64,000 nt of DNA from Bdellovibrionales bacterium (GCA_964230645.1 CAXRHT010000002.1:928001-992000), one strand, 5' to 3'; shown: positions 10,275-20,748, counted from the first letter of the stretch. Numbers and translations: made by a program. The notes: a model not told the origin generated them from the sequence alone.

Positions 10275-11861
10275 ATGATTAAGTCTGTGAAAAGCTTTAT
10301 CAATTACAGAGACCTCTTTATAAGGATCTTTGTTATCATTCTGACCTCTTTAATTTTGCTATTTCTTGGCCGAGATAACAATTTTGATTTTCATTTTAAA
10401 ATCAGAAAAGCCCAACCGACCGCTTCGAGCCTTTATATTCTAGAAGTTCCCACCAACGGATCCACTCAGCCCATCGTTGAGAAATTACTCGCCCAAGGTG
10501 TTCAAAAAATACTTCTCAATCACTACCTCTCTGATAGCAAACATCCCCAGTTGGTTGTCTACGCCGTCGACGACGCTGAGCCCTCCGCTATTGAACTCAA
10601 TTTACAGCCTGACGCAGATGGATTTGTTCGTAGAGTCGAGTTTGAAAATCGCCCGCTCTTTTTATCCAATGAGGTCAAAACCGATGTATTTTATAATATT
10701 AACTTTCGTGGCCCTAGCCAGACCTTTCCCATCCTTCAAGATTTTGATTTGAAATCGACCGATCTCGAAAATAAGATTGTCATCCTCAAACCTAAAAAAT
10801 CATTTGAAAACTACACCACACCTGTGGGCTTAATGAGTGAAGCCGAACTGGTTGCAAACATTGCCGATAATATATTAATGCACCGATTTATTCCGGAAAA
10901 AAACTTCAGTTCCGCTTTCGCTATTTTAGCTCTTCTTCTTATTTTTATGATTGGTATATTAATCTCACTTCCCTCCACCCTGGCTCTCTTCTCAAGCACT
11001 GTGCTGGCCTTATGTTATGTTAGCTTGTCCCTATGGTTTTTTGACAACTACTACTTCTGGACACCACTACTTGTTCCACTGGTTCAGATGTTTCTCACCT
11101 ACATTCTCATTTCTAACTATAAAAACGTTTTGAACGAAAAGACCCGTTGGGGCCTAGAGAAAGAAAGTCACTTTTTTCAAGAAGTCGAGGAGATGAAAAC
11201 GAATTTTTTGAGTTTATTCAGTCATGACCTAAAAACACCACTGGCAAAAATTATTGGAATCTCCGACACCCTTCGCTCTCAAATAAAAGACCCAGACATT
11301 CTTGAAGAAATCGAAAAGATCCACACATCCTCTAAAGACTTGGAAAAATACATCCAAAGAATCCTTAAAATGTCTCAAGTTCAGTCTAAAAATGTGTCTC
11401 TTAATAAAACTCCTGAAGACATTAATACAATAATTGAAAAATCAATCGCTCAGAACCGGTTTAGCGCCGAAGAGAAAAATATTACATTAGAAAAGAACCT
11501 CTCCCCTCTTTTCATGATTGAAATGGACGGAGGCCTAATTCAAGAGGTCATTATCAACTTTATCGAAAATGCCATCACCTACTCCCCTGAGGGCACTACT
11601 ATAAAAATTTCCTCCGAAGAAATTAACGAATATGTTAAAGTATCAGTGAAAGACGAAGGACAGGGAGTTCCTAAAGAGGCCCAGGAGAACATTTGGGACA
11701 AATACTACCGTTTTGACGGTAAAAACACAGGCTATGGGTTGGGACTTTTTTTAAGTCGGTATGTGGTTGATCTCCACGGCGGCCAAGTCTTTTTAAACAG
11801 TAAGAAAAACCAAGGCAGTGAATTTGGTTTTATTTTACCAATCAATGAGGATGAGTCATGA
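10275..11861 (+). CDS. CHASE2-type membrane sensor histidine kinase
   Basis: PDADGFVRR, INFRGP, TPVGLM..AELVAN (CHASE2-like), three TM helices, SHDLKTPL, DEGQG, GYGLGL; start position approximate. Confidence 0.85.
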   Translation: MIKSVKSFINYRDLFIRIFVIILTSLILLFLGRDNNFDFHFKIRKAQPTASSLYILEVPTNGSTQPIVEKLLAQGVQKILLNHYLSDSKHPQLVVYAVDDAEPSAIELNLQPDADGFVRRVEFENRPLFLSNEVKTDVFYNINFRGPSQTFPILQDFDLKSTDLENKIVILKPKKSFENYTTPVGLMSEAELVANIADNILMHRFIPEKNFSSAFAILALLLIFMIGILISLPSTLALFSSTVLALCYVSLSLWFFDNYYFWTPLLVPLVQMFLTYILISNYKNVLNEKTRWGLEKESHFFQEVEEMKTNFLSLFSHDLKTPLAKIIGISDTLRSQIKDPDILEEIEKIHTSSKDLEKYIQRILKMSQVQSKNVSLNKTPEDINTIIEKSIAQNRFSAEEKNITLEKNLSPLFMIEMDGGLIQEVIINFIENAITYSPEGTTIKISSEEINEYVKVSVKDEGQGVPKEAQENIWDKYYRFDGKNTGYGLGLFLSRYVVDLHGGQVFLNSKKNQGSEFGFILPINEDES

Positions 11862-13234
11862 AATCACTTCAAATACTAATCGCCGATGACGAGCCCGATT
11901 TAAGAAAATATATTATTCATATTTTACAGCAAGACGTGGAACATAAGCTAGAATTCGACGAGGTCGACAACGGTCAACAAGCCCTTGATAAGCTCAAAGA
12001 AAAGAACTACGACCTTATTCTTTTAGATGTGAGGATGCCGGTCATGGATGGTTTGGAAACCCTAGGTCAGATCGTGAAGACAGAGTCTGATGCTTTTGTC
12101 GTAATGATCACGGCCCATGGGAATGTACGAGATGCTGTTCAAGCTATTAAACTGGGCGCTTACGACTATCTACAAAAGCCTCTTAATAAAGATAAGATCC
12201 TTGAAATTGTTAAGAAATCCTTGGAAGCCAAAAATCTTGTGGAGCAAATTTCATTGAGCTTCCCTATATTAGAGTCCGATATTGAAAGCCAAATTATTGG
12301 ACATTCCAAACCAATGAAAAAGGTTTTTGAACTCATTAAAAAGATCTCCAATGTCGATAGCACAATTCTACTGCGCGGAGAAAATGGAACCGGAAAGGAC
12401 CTTGTGGCTAAAGCCATTCATTTTAACTCCTCTCGGAAAAGCGAGCAGATGATCGCTGTGAACTGTGCGGCTATTCCCGAGGGCCTTATTGAAAGTGAGC
12501 TTTTTGGTCACGAAAAGGGAGCCTTTACTGACGCTAGCGAAAGAAAAATTGGAAAATTTCAATTGGCAAATAATGGTACTCTCTTTCTTGATGAGATCGG
12601 CGAGCTAAGGCCCGAAGTGCAATCCAAGCTTCTTAGAGTCCTACAAGACAAAACCTTTACCCCTGTGGGATCTAACAGAACTCAGAAAACCAATGCTCGC
12701 ATAGTGACGGCCACCAACCAAAACTTAGAAAAGCAAATTGAAGACGGTCGGTTTAGAGAGGATCTCTTTTTCCGCTTGAACGTGGTGCCTATTTTTATCC
12801 CACCTCTAAGAGAGAGAAAAGAGGATATCCCCTCCTTGATTCAATACTTCATTTCGAAATACGCGGAACAGAATCAACCAAAATCCACCTGGCCCCAAGA
12901 GGTTATGGATAAACTCATGAGCTACCCCTGGCCTGGCAACATCAGAGAATTAGAAAATGTTGTGCAAAGAATGCTCATATTGACTGAAGGCAAAGAAATT
13001 TCTATGCAAGACCTCCCCGGTCCCATTCTCAACTTCGAACCTGATGAGCAAACCGATGAAACCGAATTGGATTTTGAAAAATTCAAAATTGAATCAGAAA
13101 AAACCTTTATCGAAAAAGCTTTAATGGCCAATGACGGTAAAATCAATCGTACCGTCGCCAATGCCAATATTCCTAAAAACACACTGTTGAGAAAGATTAA
13201 GAAGTTCAATATTGATTTGAAAAAACTGAAATAA
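11858..13234 (+). CDS. NtrC-family sigma54-dependent response regulator
   Basis: REC domain, GENGTGKD, GAFTDA, WPGNIREL, HTH; overlaps the kinase stop codon. Confidence 0.93.
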   Translation: MKSLQILIADDEPDLRKYIIHILQQDVEHKLEFDEVDNGQQALDKLKEKNYDLILLDVRMPVMDGLETLGQIVKTESDAFVVMITAHGNVRDAVQAIKLGAYDYLQKPLNKDKILEIVKKSLEAKNLVEQISLSFPILESDIESQIIGHSKPMKKVFELIKKISNVDSTILLRGENGTGKDLVAKAIHFNSSRKSEQMIAVNCAAIPEGLIESELFGHEKGAFTDASERKIGKFQLANNGTLFLDEIGELRPEVQSKLLRVLQDKTFTPVGSNRTQKTNARIVTATNQNLEKQIEDGRFREDLFFRLNVVPIFIPPLRERKEDIPSLIQYFISKYAEQNQPKSTWPQEVMDKLMSYPWPGNIRELENVVQRMLILTEGKEISMQDLPGPILNFEPDEQTDETELDFEKFKIESEKTFIEKALMANDGKINRTVANANIPKNTLLRKIKKFNIDLKKLK

Positions 13235-13290
13235 TTCCTTGCTGTCCAGTGGATTTTTCGCCGCTGGCCTAGAACATATCTCCTTGAGCT

Positions 13291-13659
13291 AAAACATGTC
13301 TCCTTGAGCGAATAAATCATGTCATCTTGAGCGAAGCGAAAGATCTTCTTCCCTTCGGTCAGGAGGACAATGGGCAATCCAAAACATGTCGTCTTGAGCG
13401 AATAAATCATGTCATCTTGAGCGAAGCGAAAGATCTAAGATCCTTCGCTACGCTCAGGAGGACAATGGGCAATCCAAAAACATGACGCCTTGAGCGAATA
13501 AACCATGTCGTCTTGAGCGGAGCGAAAGATCTAAGATCCTTCGCTACGCTCAGGAGGACAATGGGCAATCCAAAAACATGGCGCCTTGAGCGAATAAATC
13601 ATGTCGTCTTGAGCGGAGCGAAAGACCTTCTTCGCTGCGCTCAGGAGGACAATGGGCAA
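13291..13659. repeat. Tandem array of four 87-96 bp units, each containing a REP-like inverted repeat
   Basis: Units start at 13291, 13381, 13477 and 13573. Each has TGTC(A/G)TCTTGAGCG(A/G)AGCGAAAGA paired with (T/C)TTCGCT(A/G)CGCTCAGGAGGACA (unit 1 more diverged). Between convergent genes. Confidence 0.92.
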
Positions 13660-13671
13660 AGTATAGGTCTA

Positions 13672-14718
13672 TTATTTGAAGTGCTGTTTTATTTTCTTTA
13701 GGACATCCTCCGGAGAAATGTCTTCCATACACTGGTGTGTTCCGATCGGGCAGTATCTTCCGCCATGCTGACCACAGGGGCGACAAAGAAGGTCGTTTTT
13801 CTCAACGACTAAAGCTTTGGGGTTCCAAGGCTTGTAACCTAACTCCTGCACCGTAGGACCAAAAAAAGCAATGCAAGGCAGATGCAGAAGACTGGCCATA
13901 TGCATGGAGCCGGAATCGTTACATAGAAGCCCTCTGGATTTCGACAGAATTTTAAGAGACTCAAAAATACTGAGATGACCCGCTAAGGAAAAACTATTAG
14001 GGATCTGCTTAGAAAGTCCCTCACATATCACTCTTTCATCAGGAGCCCCCAGGAGAACCACTTGGAATCCCCAGCGAGAGAGTTCAACGGCTACTTTTTT
14101 AAAAGACGAAGGGGGCCAACGTTTGGTCTCCCATACACTTCCAGGAGCCATACAAATATAAGGCTTATCAACTCTCAAGCCTTTTACAGATTTCCCTTGA
14201 AGCACCTCTTCAATCTGCCCCTCAGACCAATGGAGCTGACTCATGAACATCTCCGACCATTGCGGAATCTGATCCGGCTTCTGGGAGAAGGCCTCTAACT
14301 TTACTTCAACCTTATCATCCACCGAAGCCACAAGTTGCAACTGCCTGATCGCCTCGGGCCAATCAAGACGGCGCTCAACCCTTTTATCGAAGTAAGTCGA
14401 ATTCCAGATTTTTTTATATCCCACTTTCTGTTCAGCCTGTAAGCCACTCACCAGCTTATGAGAACTCATCGATTGGTGTGGGCAAAACAAAGTATGGAAT
14501 TTTTGGCCGCGTAGTTCTTTAACGAGACCTTGTTTTTGTTTTTTATCAACTTCTATAACCTCGTCTACAATACCCAAGGACTGCATCAAGGAGCCCAAGC
14601 CTTTGCGACACACGAGTGTTAAATGAGACTGAGGTGACCAATAACGAATTTGTCTTAACGAGGGAACTGCTAAAAGGAGATCGCCCAAAAAAGCGGTTTG
14701 AATATAAATATGATTCAT
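13672..14718 (-). CDS. Glycosyltransferase family 9 (LPS heptosyltransferase-like)
   Basis: TAFLGDLLL, APGSVWETKRWP, NDSGSMH, FGPT, CRPC..HG...C. Confidence 0.9.
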   Translation of the reverse strand: MNHIYIQTAFLGDLLLAVPSLRQIRYWSPQSHLTLVCRKGLGSLMQSLGIVDEVIEVDKKQKQGLVKELRGQKFHTLFCPHQSMSSHKLVSGLQAEQKVGYKKIWNSTYFDKRVERRLDWPEAIRQLQLVASVDDKVEVKLEAFSQKPDQIPQWSEMFMSQLHWSEGQIEEVLQGKSVKGLRVDKPYICMAPGSVWETKRWPPSSFKKVAVELSRWGFQVVLLGAPDERVICEGLSKQIPNSFSLAGHLSIFESLKILSKSRGLLCNDSGSMHMASLLHLPCIAFFGPTVQELGYKPWNPKALVVEKNDLLCRPCGQHGGRYCPIGTHQCMEDISPEDVLKKIKQHFK

Positions 14719-15899
14719 TTTTTTATTTTTTGAACCTCACCCACGATACTACCAATTTTAATCTTTGATTCTAGGCGAACAATAAATTTTCGATCATCCG
14801 CGGTCAACCAAAGGTAGTTCTCTCCTGTGGGTTTAAATTTTCCTTCGACATTGAACTTAGGCTTCACAACAAAAGTATCAAACTTCCCGGCATCAGTGTA
14901 AATCGTCTCTCTTCTAATGACCTTTGCAGTCATGACTATATTCTTGCCCTCATGAGCAACACGCACTTTCAATTCCTTGCCAACCTTTAAAGTGAAGGTC
15001 CGCAAATAATAAGCCACGCTGAAAACGTTCTGGGAAAACGAGAGAATATCCCAAGTTATTTTTTTCTTTTCTACTTCTTCGCCTTTTTTTTGTTTACGAT
15101 CCCACATGGTCGCGGTGTTATTTTTGTGATCGAAAAAAGTTCGAGTTTCTCGGACCTGCTTTGATTCATCCACATGGATTTCGTAACTATAAGGAAGAAG
15201 ATTTTCATAATCTACAAATGTTTCAGCGACATCATCAACACGATATACGAGATTGAAAAGTGGACTAGACTTGATGATATACTTAAAATGATAAGATTTA
15301 CGCCCATTCACTTGTTTCATGGGCTCCACTTTCATAGTAAATTTACCAGCCTCAACTGCGAAATAGGAAATTCCCATCACAATCTCCTCACCCACTTTGT
15401 AGGGCATCACTTCAGGGCGACGACCATCAAACCCCTCGTCGTCTTCTAGCCTAGGCTGTCGGGGCCCTTTGGCTTTGGCTTTTTCTTTCTTATCGGCAAC
15501 TTTTGCTTGTTTTCCACTGGGTTTTGATTCCTCTTTTTTTGAGGCTTTTTGTGACTGTTTTTTAGAGGTTTTGACAATCTGGGCCTTCTTTTCAATTTTC
15601 TCCTTTTTAGACGGCTCCTTTGTGACTACCTTCTTGGCCTTTTTAGAAGAGGAGGTCTTCTTTTTTGAATTGTCTGGAGATGATTTAGGCTCTGCTGCCG
15701 GCTCCTCACTTTCGATGTTTTCAACTTTAACGATGTCCTCGAACTCAGAGGTGTCTTCCACATTTTTATGGTCGAAATCTTTGTCTGATGTCACACAAGA
15801 ACAAAGCAGGAAAGATAAAAGAATCGAAATAAAACGGGGCCCTTTTAGCCAATTTTGAAACTTCTTAAAAATATTGAAATTCAACTTTTCAGCACTCAC
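14715..15899 (-). CDS. DUF3108-like exported protein/lipoprotein with a Lys-rich linker
   Basis: Lipobox-like LLCSC, low-complexity K/S linker, then GEEIVM..SY, TDAGKFDT, LWLTADDRKF; start uncertain. Confidence 0.7.
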   Translation of the reverse strand: MSAEKLNFNIFKKFQNWLKGPRFISILLSFLLCSCVTSDKDFDHKNVEDTSEFEDIVKVENIESEEPAAEPKSSPDNSKKKTSSSKKAKKVVTKEPSKKEKIEKKAQIVKTSKKQSQKASKKEESKPSGKQAKVADKKEKAKAKGPRQPRLEDDEGFDGRRPEVMPYKVGEEIVMGISYFAVEAGKFTMKVEPMKQVNGRKSYHFKYIIKSSPLFNLVYRVDDVAETFVDYENLLPYSYEIHVDESKQVRETRTFFDHKNNTATMWDRKQKKGEEVEKKKITWDILSFSQNVFSVAYYLRTFTLKVGKELKVRVAHEGKNIVMTAKVIRRETIYTDAGKFDTFVVKPKFNVEGKFKPTGENYLWLTADDRKFIVRLESKIKIGSIVGEVQKIKK

Positions 15900-15975
15900 G
15901 TCTGTACTTTAACAAGAAAGAAAGTCTCAAGCCAAGAAAATCGAGGAGACTTGCTTCTAGGGGATGATGTTAGCC

Positions 15976-16869
15976 TTACTCATCCAATGGTTTTTGGCCT
16001 TGAAAGCCCCATTTCCAACGTCTGTGCACCCACATCCACTGCTCGGGAGTGTCTAAAATCGCTTTTTCGACCACTCTGTTATATTTTTCGGTCATATGGC
16101 GAAGGGTCTCGTCTTTGCTACTTTTTTCCTCAAATTCGATCGGATCTAAGACACAGATCTTATGTTTCTTAGGACCCGTTCGATAAGTGTACATAGGCAC
16201 GACCGGTGCTCCCGATCTTTGAGCAAATAAGGCAAGTCCCACGGCCGTTCCTGTTTCGATCCCAAAAAACTCCGTCAGAATCCCGTTGGGTGGCCCTGTA
16301 TATTGGTCTAGCACGAAAACAACCGACTCTTTTTTCTTTAAGGCTTTGAGTATTTCGTAACTACTTTTACGAGGGGGAATAAAATGAACCCCCTTGGCTT
16401 CTCGGGAGGAAAACCAAAGGCGATTGAGCCAGGCCGATTCAAAAATTTTCGAGATGATATGGATTCTATAGCCCCAACTGGCCAAAGCCGCCACACCCAT
16501 ATCTCCATTACCGAGATGAACGCTGAGAACGAAAACACCCTTACCTTGATCAATGGCCTTTTGAAATTTCTCCTCGCCCTCGACTTCATACATTTTCCGA
16601 AACTGCTTCTCCCAAAGGAAAGGCATGGAGAAGAACTCAGTGATGGTTAAGCCCATATGATAAAGGGATTTTCTTGCCATCTTCGTGGCTTTTTTATCAG
16701 AAATCTCAGGGAAAACTCTTTTCACATTTCTGATGGCCACCTGTCTTCGAATACGTAAAACATCAAACCACATTATTCCTATAAACCAGGCGATCGCCTG
16801 ATGGAAAATAAATGGCAATATATGAATAAGGTAGGCTATAGCAAGTAGCGGGTACTTCAAAAACTTCAT
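15976..16869 (-). CDS. lpxL: Lipid A secondary acyltransferase (LpxL/HtrB family)
   Basis: HLGNGD, LDQ, FFG, PEQWMWVHRRWK; in the lipid A cluster. Confidence 0.88.
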   Translation of the reverse strand: MKFLKYPLLAIAYLIHILPFIFHQAIAWFIGIMWFDVLRIRRQVAIRNVKRVFPEISDKKATKMARKSLYHMGLTITEFFSMPFLWEKQFRKMYEVEGEEKFQKAIDQGKGVFVLSVHLGNGDMGVAALASWGYRIHIISKIFESAWLNRLWFSSREAKGVHFIPPRKSSYEILKALKKKESVVFVLDQYTGPPNGILTEFFGIETGTAVGLALFAQRSGAPVVPMYTYRTGPKKHKICVLDPIEFEEKSSKDETLRHMTEKYNRVVEKAILDTPEQWMWVHRRWKWGFQGQKPLDE

Positions 16870-17891
16870 AGGCTAATAACCTTATCAATGATTTGAAACA
16901 AACTCTCCTCATCCTCTTTTAACTGAACTTTCATTTTACACACCCACAGCTGAATTCCCATTTCAAAAAAATGCTTTTTATAGCGCACCAATTTTACGGC
17001 ATCTTTCTCGGTGATCATGAGGTGAGCGCTTTTTTCTTGTTTCATATGGTAGGTGATCTTTTCGATATCAAGAGGTTTCCAAAAATAGTGATCGGGAAAA
17101 ATAAACTTTTTCTGAATTTCTATCCCTTGCTCCTTCAAGGTCTTCATAAAAGCTCCCGGATTTCCAAGAGCACAGCTCATCGACACAGGACGGATCGGCT
17201 CCGGGTAATCCAACGACTCCACCAAAGGCTCAAAGCGATCAAAAACGTAGTCAGCATGAAAGATTTGATTTTTTGACTTATATTTCTCGCATTGCACTTC
17301 GAGAAACTGGATCGAATCTCGACTTCCATAATTGCATTTATTGATAACCACGGCATGGGCTCTTCTTAATGCCGAGAACCCCTCTCTCATTCGTCCCATA
17401 GGCAAGGAGAAGTAATTTTTCATCGGAGCTGAGGCATCTAGGAGAACAATATCCACATCACGGGCAATATTAAAGTGCTGAAAGCCATCATCTAACAACA
17501 GAACATCGGGATCTTCTTCTCTGATTGCGACCTCAGCGGCTTTCACACGGGAACGTCCGACGTAGACATAAGAACGAGTATTGCGGGAAAGCCAAAGAGG
17601 TTCATCTCCGCATTTTCGAGCGTCCATATCAGGAGTTACCTTTAAAACGCCATCAAAATCCCCACTGTACCCCCGACTAAGAATTACGGCTTTTTTATTT
17701 TTAGAAAAATAATGCTCGGTAAGACGATGCACCCAGGGTGTTTTACCTGTACCACCCGTACTCAAATTACCAATACAGATTACGGGTCGGTCGACTTTTT
17801 TGGTTTTAATTAGCCCTGCTGCAAAAATAAACTTTCGTAAAAGCACCAAAAACTGAAACAATAAAGCCAGTGGGAGAAGAAAATACCTCAT
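16866..17891 (-). CDS. lpxK: Tetraacyldisaccharide 4'-kinase
   Basis: GNLSTGGTGKTP, SRGY, GDEP, LDDGFQH, FPDH, TEKDAVK. Confidence 0.96.
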   Translation of the reverse strand: MRYFLLPLALLFQFLVLLRKFIFAAGLIKTKKVDRPVICIGNLSTGGTGKTPWVHRLTEHYFSKNKKAVILSRGYSGDFDGVLKVTPDMDARKCGDEPLWLSRNTRSYVYVGRSRVKAAEVAIREEDPDVLLLDDGFQHFNIARDVDIVLLDASAPMKNYFSLPMGRMREGFSALRRAHAVVINKCNYGSRDSIQFLEVQCEKYKSKNQIFHADYVFDRFEPLVESLDYPEPIRPVSMSCALGNPGAFMKTLKEQGIEIQKKFIFPDHYFWKPLDIEKITYHMKQEKSAHLMITEKDAVKLVRYKKHFFEMGIQLWVCKMKVQLKEDEESLFQIIDKVISL

Positions 17892-19036
17892 TTAGGCCCA
17901 AACCTTTTTGAGAGAAGTGACACCAAATTTTCAGTCGCTCCACCAGCGCCCAGCTTTTCCTTTACATACCTTAAATCACTAAGCATTTGATTTCGTTTTT
18001 CATCACTTTCAATAAGCTCTAGTAAATGACTGGCTAATTTTTCTGGAGAGGCTTGCTCTTGAAAAAGCTCTGGAACCACTTTCCTTTCGGCCACTAGATT
18101 AACAATGCAAAATGCATCCACCGACCGCACAAGAGCTTTTGCTAAAAAAGCTGTGATCGGATTCATCCGGTACATAACCACCATGGGTTTTTCACACAAG
18201 GCCACCTGCAGGGTCGCAGTACCAGAGGCTGATAAAATCCAATCGCACTGAAGAATCATGCGGGTTGGTTTTGCCTGAATGTACTCGACCTCTAAGCTCG
18301 ATTGGGAAACGAAGCTCTCAAGATCTGTGGCGGCAAGAGTGGGAGCGAGCAGAATTTTTACTTGAATGTCGGGATGCTTTTCTTTGATTTTTTCTGCGGC
18401 CTTAAGCTGAATGACGAGGTTATTTTCAATTTCACTGCGCCGACTTCCTGGCATCAAACCAAGAACTTTCTCATCGCTTCGAGAACGATCAAAGTTCTCA
18501 AGCTCTTGCTCGACAACTTCCACTAAGGGATGTCCAACAAAATGAGCTTCGATTTTGTGCTCATTATAGAAGTCGACCTCAAAGGGGAAGACGACCATCA
18601 TTTCGTCGACATATTTTTTAACTTGTTTGACTCGTCCTTTTTTCCAGGCCCACAGTTGAGGGGAAATATAGTAAATTACAGGAATATCGAGCGCTTTGAG
18701 TTTTCTTGCCAAACGCAGGTTAAAGCCTGGATAATCAAGGAGAAGAGCGAATTTCGGTTTTCTTTTCTCACACTCCTCAAGAAGCTTATCAGCAGCCCCC
18801 TTAATAATGGGCCAGTGCTTGATCACTTCTTGCACACCAACAACAGCCATGTCTTCAGCAAAGCCCTGACACTGCATTCCTTCTTTGGCCATACTCCGGT
18901 TACCAACGCCAAAAAACTCCGTGTCAGGATAACTCTTGCTCCACTCTTTGATAAAAAGTTCGGCATACATGCAGCTTGAGGCTTCAGCCGCTACGATTAA
19001 AATATTATCTTTTTTGGAGACGCTGTCCAATTTCAT
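17888..19036 (-). CDS. lpxB: Lipid-A-disaccharide synthase
   Basis: DYPGFN, YYISPQLWAW, FVGHPL, MPGSR, SGTATL. Confidence 0.96.
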   Translation of the reverse strand: MKLDSVSKKDNILIVAAEASSCMYAELFIKEWSKSYPDTEFFGVGNRSMAKEGMQCQGFAEDMAVVGVQEVIKHWPIIKGAADKLLEECEKRKPKFALLLDYPGFNLRLARKLKALDIPVIYYISPQLWAWKKGRVKQVKKYVDEMMVVFPFEVDFYNEHKIEAHFVGHPLVEVVEQELENFDRSRSDEKVLGLMPGSRRSEIENNLVIQLKAAEKIKEKHPDIQVKILLAPTLAATDLESFVSQSSLEVEYIQAKPTRMILQCDWILSASGTATLQVALCEKPMVVMYRMNPITAFLAKALVRSVDAFCIVNLVAERKVVPELFQEQASPEKLASHLLELIESDEKRNQMLSDLRYVKEKLGAGGATENLVSLLSKRFGPK

Positions 19037-19958
19037 CCCGAATTTTTTCAGCCACCTTTAAGGCGTTAAGAGCTTGCACTCCCGATACGATAGGAGTTTC
19101 ATCTTTTTGAATGCAGTCGATAAAGGATTGGTCTTCACTTAAAAGAGCATCCCCTTTTTCCAACTCCCAGGCGTCAAAACTGAGAGGCATATCCTCTTCA
19201 AAGTTTTCCCACTCCCCGGTTTTGGTAGTCAGATTCAGCTCTCCAGTTCCAAAATCGATGGAAAGGTACTGAGTCTCTTGGAAGACTCGAAATTTTCGCT
19301 TGGCTGTTTGAGAAACTCTGGAGGCTGTTAGATTGGCCACAGCACCCGACTCAAACTCTAAGCGTGCATTGGCAATATCAACATGGGGAGTGATCACAGG
19401 GGTTCCAACGGCTGATACCTGAGTTATTGGTGAGTCCATAAGATTCATGACCACATCCAGATCGTGAATCATTAGATCAAGAACAACATCGACATCCGTA
19501 CTGCGTGGCTTAAATGGAGCCAAACGATGAACTTCAATAAATAGTGGTTTTTTAAGTTTTTTCTGAGCCTCAACCAAAGCGGGGTTGAAGCGTTCCACAT
19601 GTCCCACCTGAAGTTTTACATTCATTTTCTCAGCCAACTCACAGAGTTCCTCGGCTTGGCTCACGGTCTCAGTGATCGGCTTTTCTAAAAAGACATGTTT
19701 TTTGTTTTCGATAAAAAATTTGGCGATCTCATAGTGCGAAGGGGTGGAAGTTGCCACTAAAACGGCATCAATGTGATCGACCACACTTTTGTAGTCCGTA
19801 AAGGCTTGGCAGTTGTATTCTTTCGCTTTAGCCTGAGCTTTATCACTATCTACGTCACACAGAGCCACTAGCTCAGCATTTTCAATTTTGACCATCTTTT
19901 GACAATGGTAATTTCCAAGATGCCCAGCTCCGATAACAGCCGTCTTCACAGAACTCAT
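19005..19958 (-). CDS. Gfo/Idh/MocA oxidoreductase, probable UDP-GlcNAc 3-dehydrogenase (GnnA-like)
   Basis: GAGHLG, EKP, GHVERFNP, DLMIHDLD; located between lpxA and lpxB. Confidence 0.8.
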   Translation of the reverse strand: MSSVKTAVIGAGHLGNYHCQKMVKIENAELVALCDVDSDKAQAKAKEYNCQAFTDYKSVVDHIDAVLVATSTPSHYEIAKFFIENKKHVFLEKPITETVSQAEELCELAEKMNVKLQVGHVERFNPALVEAQKKLKKPLFIEVHRLAPFKPRSTDVDVVLDLMIHDLDVVMNLMDSPITQVSAVGTPVITPHVDIANARLEFESGAVANLTASRVSQTAKRKFRVFQETQYLSIDFGTGELNLTTKTGEWENFEEDMPLSFDAWELEKGDALLSEDQSFIDCIQKDETPIVSGVQALNALKVAEKIRDEIGQRLQKR

Positions 19959-20743
19959 AAAGCCAAACCTCGCTCCGACTTTCTGGCAAAAGCAAGAAGC
20001 TGTTCCACACGTTCACTTCCCTTGCACTCTGTTGCAATTCGCTCTAGTGCCTCTTCGACCGTATGCCCACCTTTTGTGATAATTCTCAGAGCTCGTCGTA
20101 CTTGGCTGATCTCATCTTTTTTGATCCCACTTCGATCCATTCCGATTTGGTTGGCGGCTCTCATAACGGCGTACTTGCCTTGCGCAATGGAAAAGGGCAG
20201 GACATCTTTATTCACTGAACTGTCTCCCGCGATGTAGCAGTGCTGACCCAATCGAACAAATTGATTGAAGGCACAAACACCGCCCACTTTTACATGATCC
20301 TCCATCTCCACATGGCCGGCAAGCTGAGTGGAGTTGGCAATCACAACATGGTTACCAATTTTACAATCATGAGCAATATGAACATAGGCCATAAATAAAC
20401 AGTGATCGCCTATTTCCGTTTTTCCACCACCGGAAGGTGTCCCGCAGTGAATGGTCGCGTACTCGCGAATCATTGTGGATTTTCCGATGGTAACAGAGGT
20501 AGGCTCACCCTCGTATTTGAGATCTTGGGGAGCTTCTCCAACCACAGCGCCCGGGAATATCCGGGATTTCTCACCAATTGTGACTTTGGTATGATCCGAA
20601 CCAATGGTGGCAAACTGGTCGATGATCACACCGGCCCCAATTTCCACCTCTCCTCGAATCACAACAAAGGGTCCGATTTCAGCCTCGGGATGAATGTTCG
20701 CCTTTTCAGAGACGATTGCAGTTTTATGAACGCCCATATTCAA
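19955..20743 (-). CDS. lpxA: UDP-N-acetylglucosamine acyltransferase
   Basis: Hexapeptide repeats, PQDLKY, IREY, HIAHDC, LAGHV. Confidence 0.95.
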   Translation of the reverse strand: MNMGVHKTAIVSEKANIHPEAEIGPFVVIRGEVEIGAGVIIDQFATIGSDHTKVTIGEKSRIFPGAVVGEAPQDLKYEGEPTSVTIGKSTMIREYATIHCGTPSGGGKTEIGDHCLFMAYVHIAHDCKIGNHVVIANSTQLAGHVEMEDHVKVGGVCAFNQFVRLGQHCYIAGDSSVNKDVLPFSIAQGKYAVMRAANQIGMDRSGIKKDEISQVRRALRIITKGGHTVEEALERIATECKGSERVEQLLAFARKSERGLAL

Positions 20744-20748
20744 CTGTC

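Noticed and set aside
13291..13659. CRISPR array
   Set aside because: Units are near-identical along their whole length with no unique spacers, and there are no cas genes in the window.
12922..13786. ORFs 12922..13410, 13513..13701 and 13550..13786
   Set aside because: They are translations of the palindromic repeat array or antisense to real genes.
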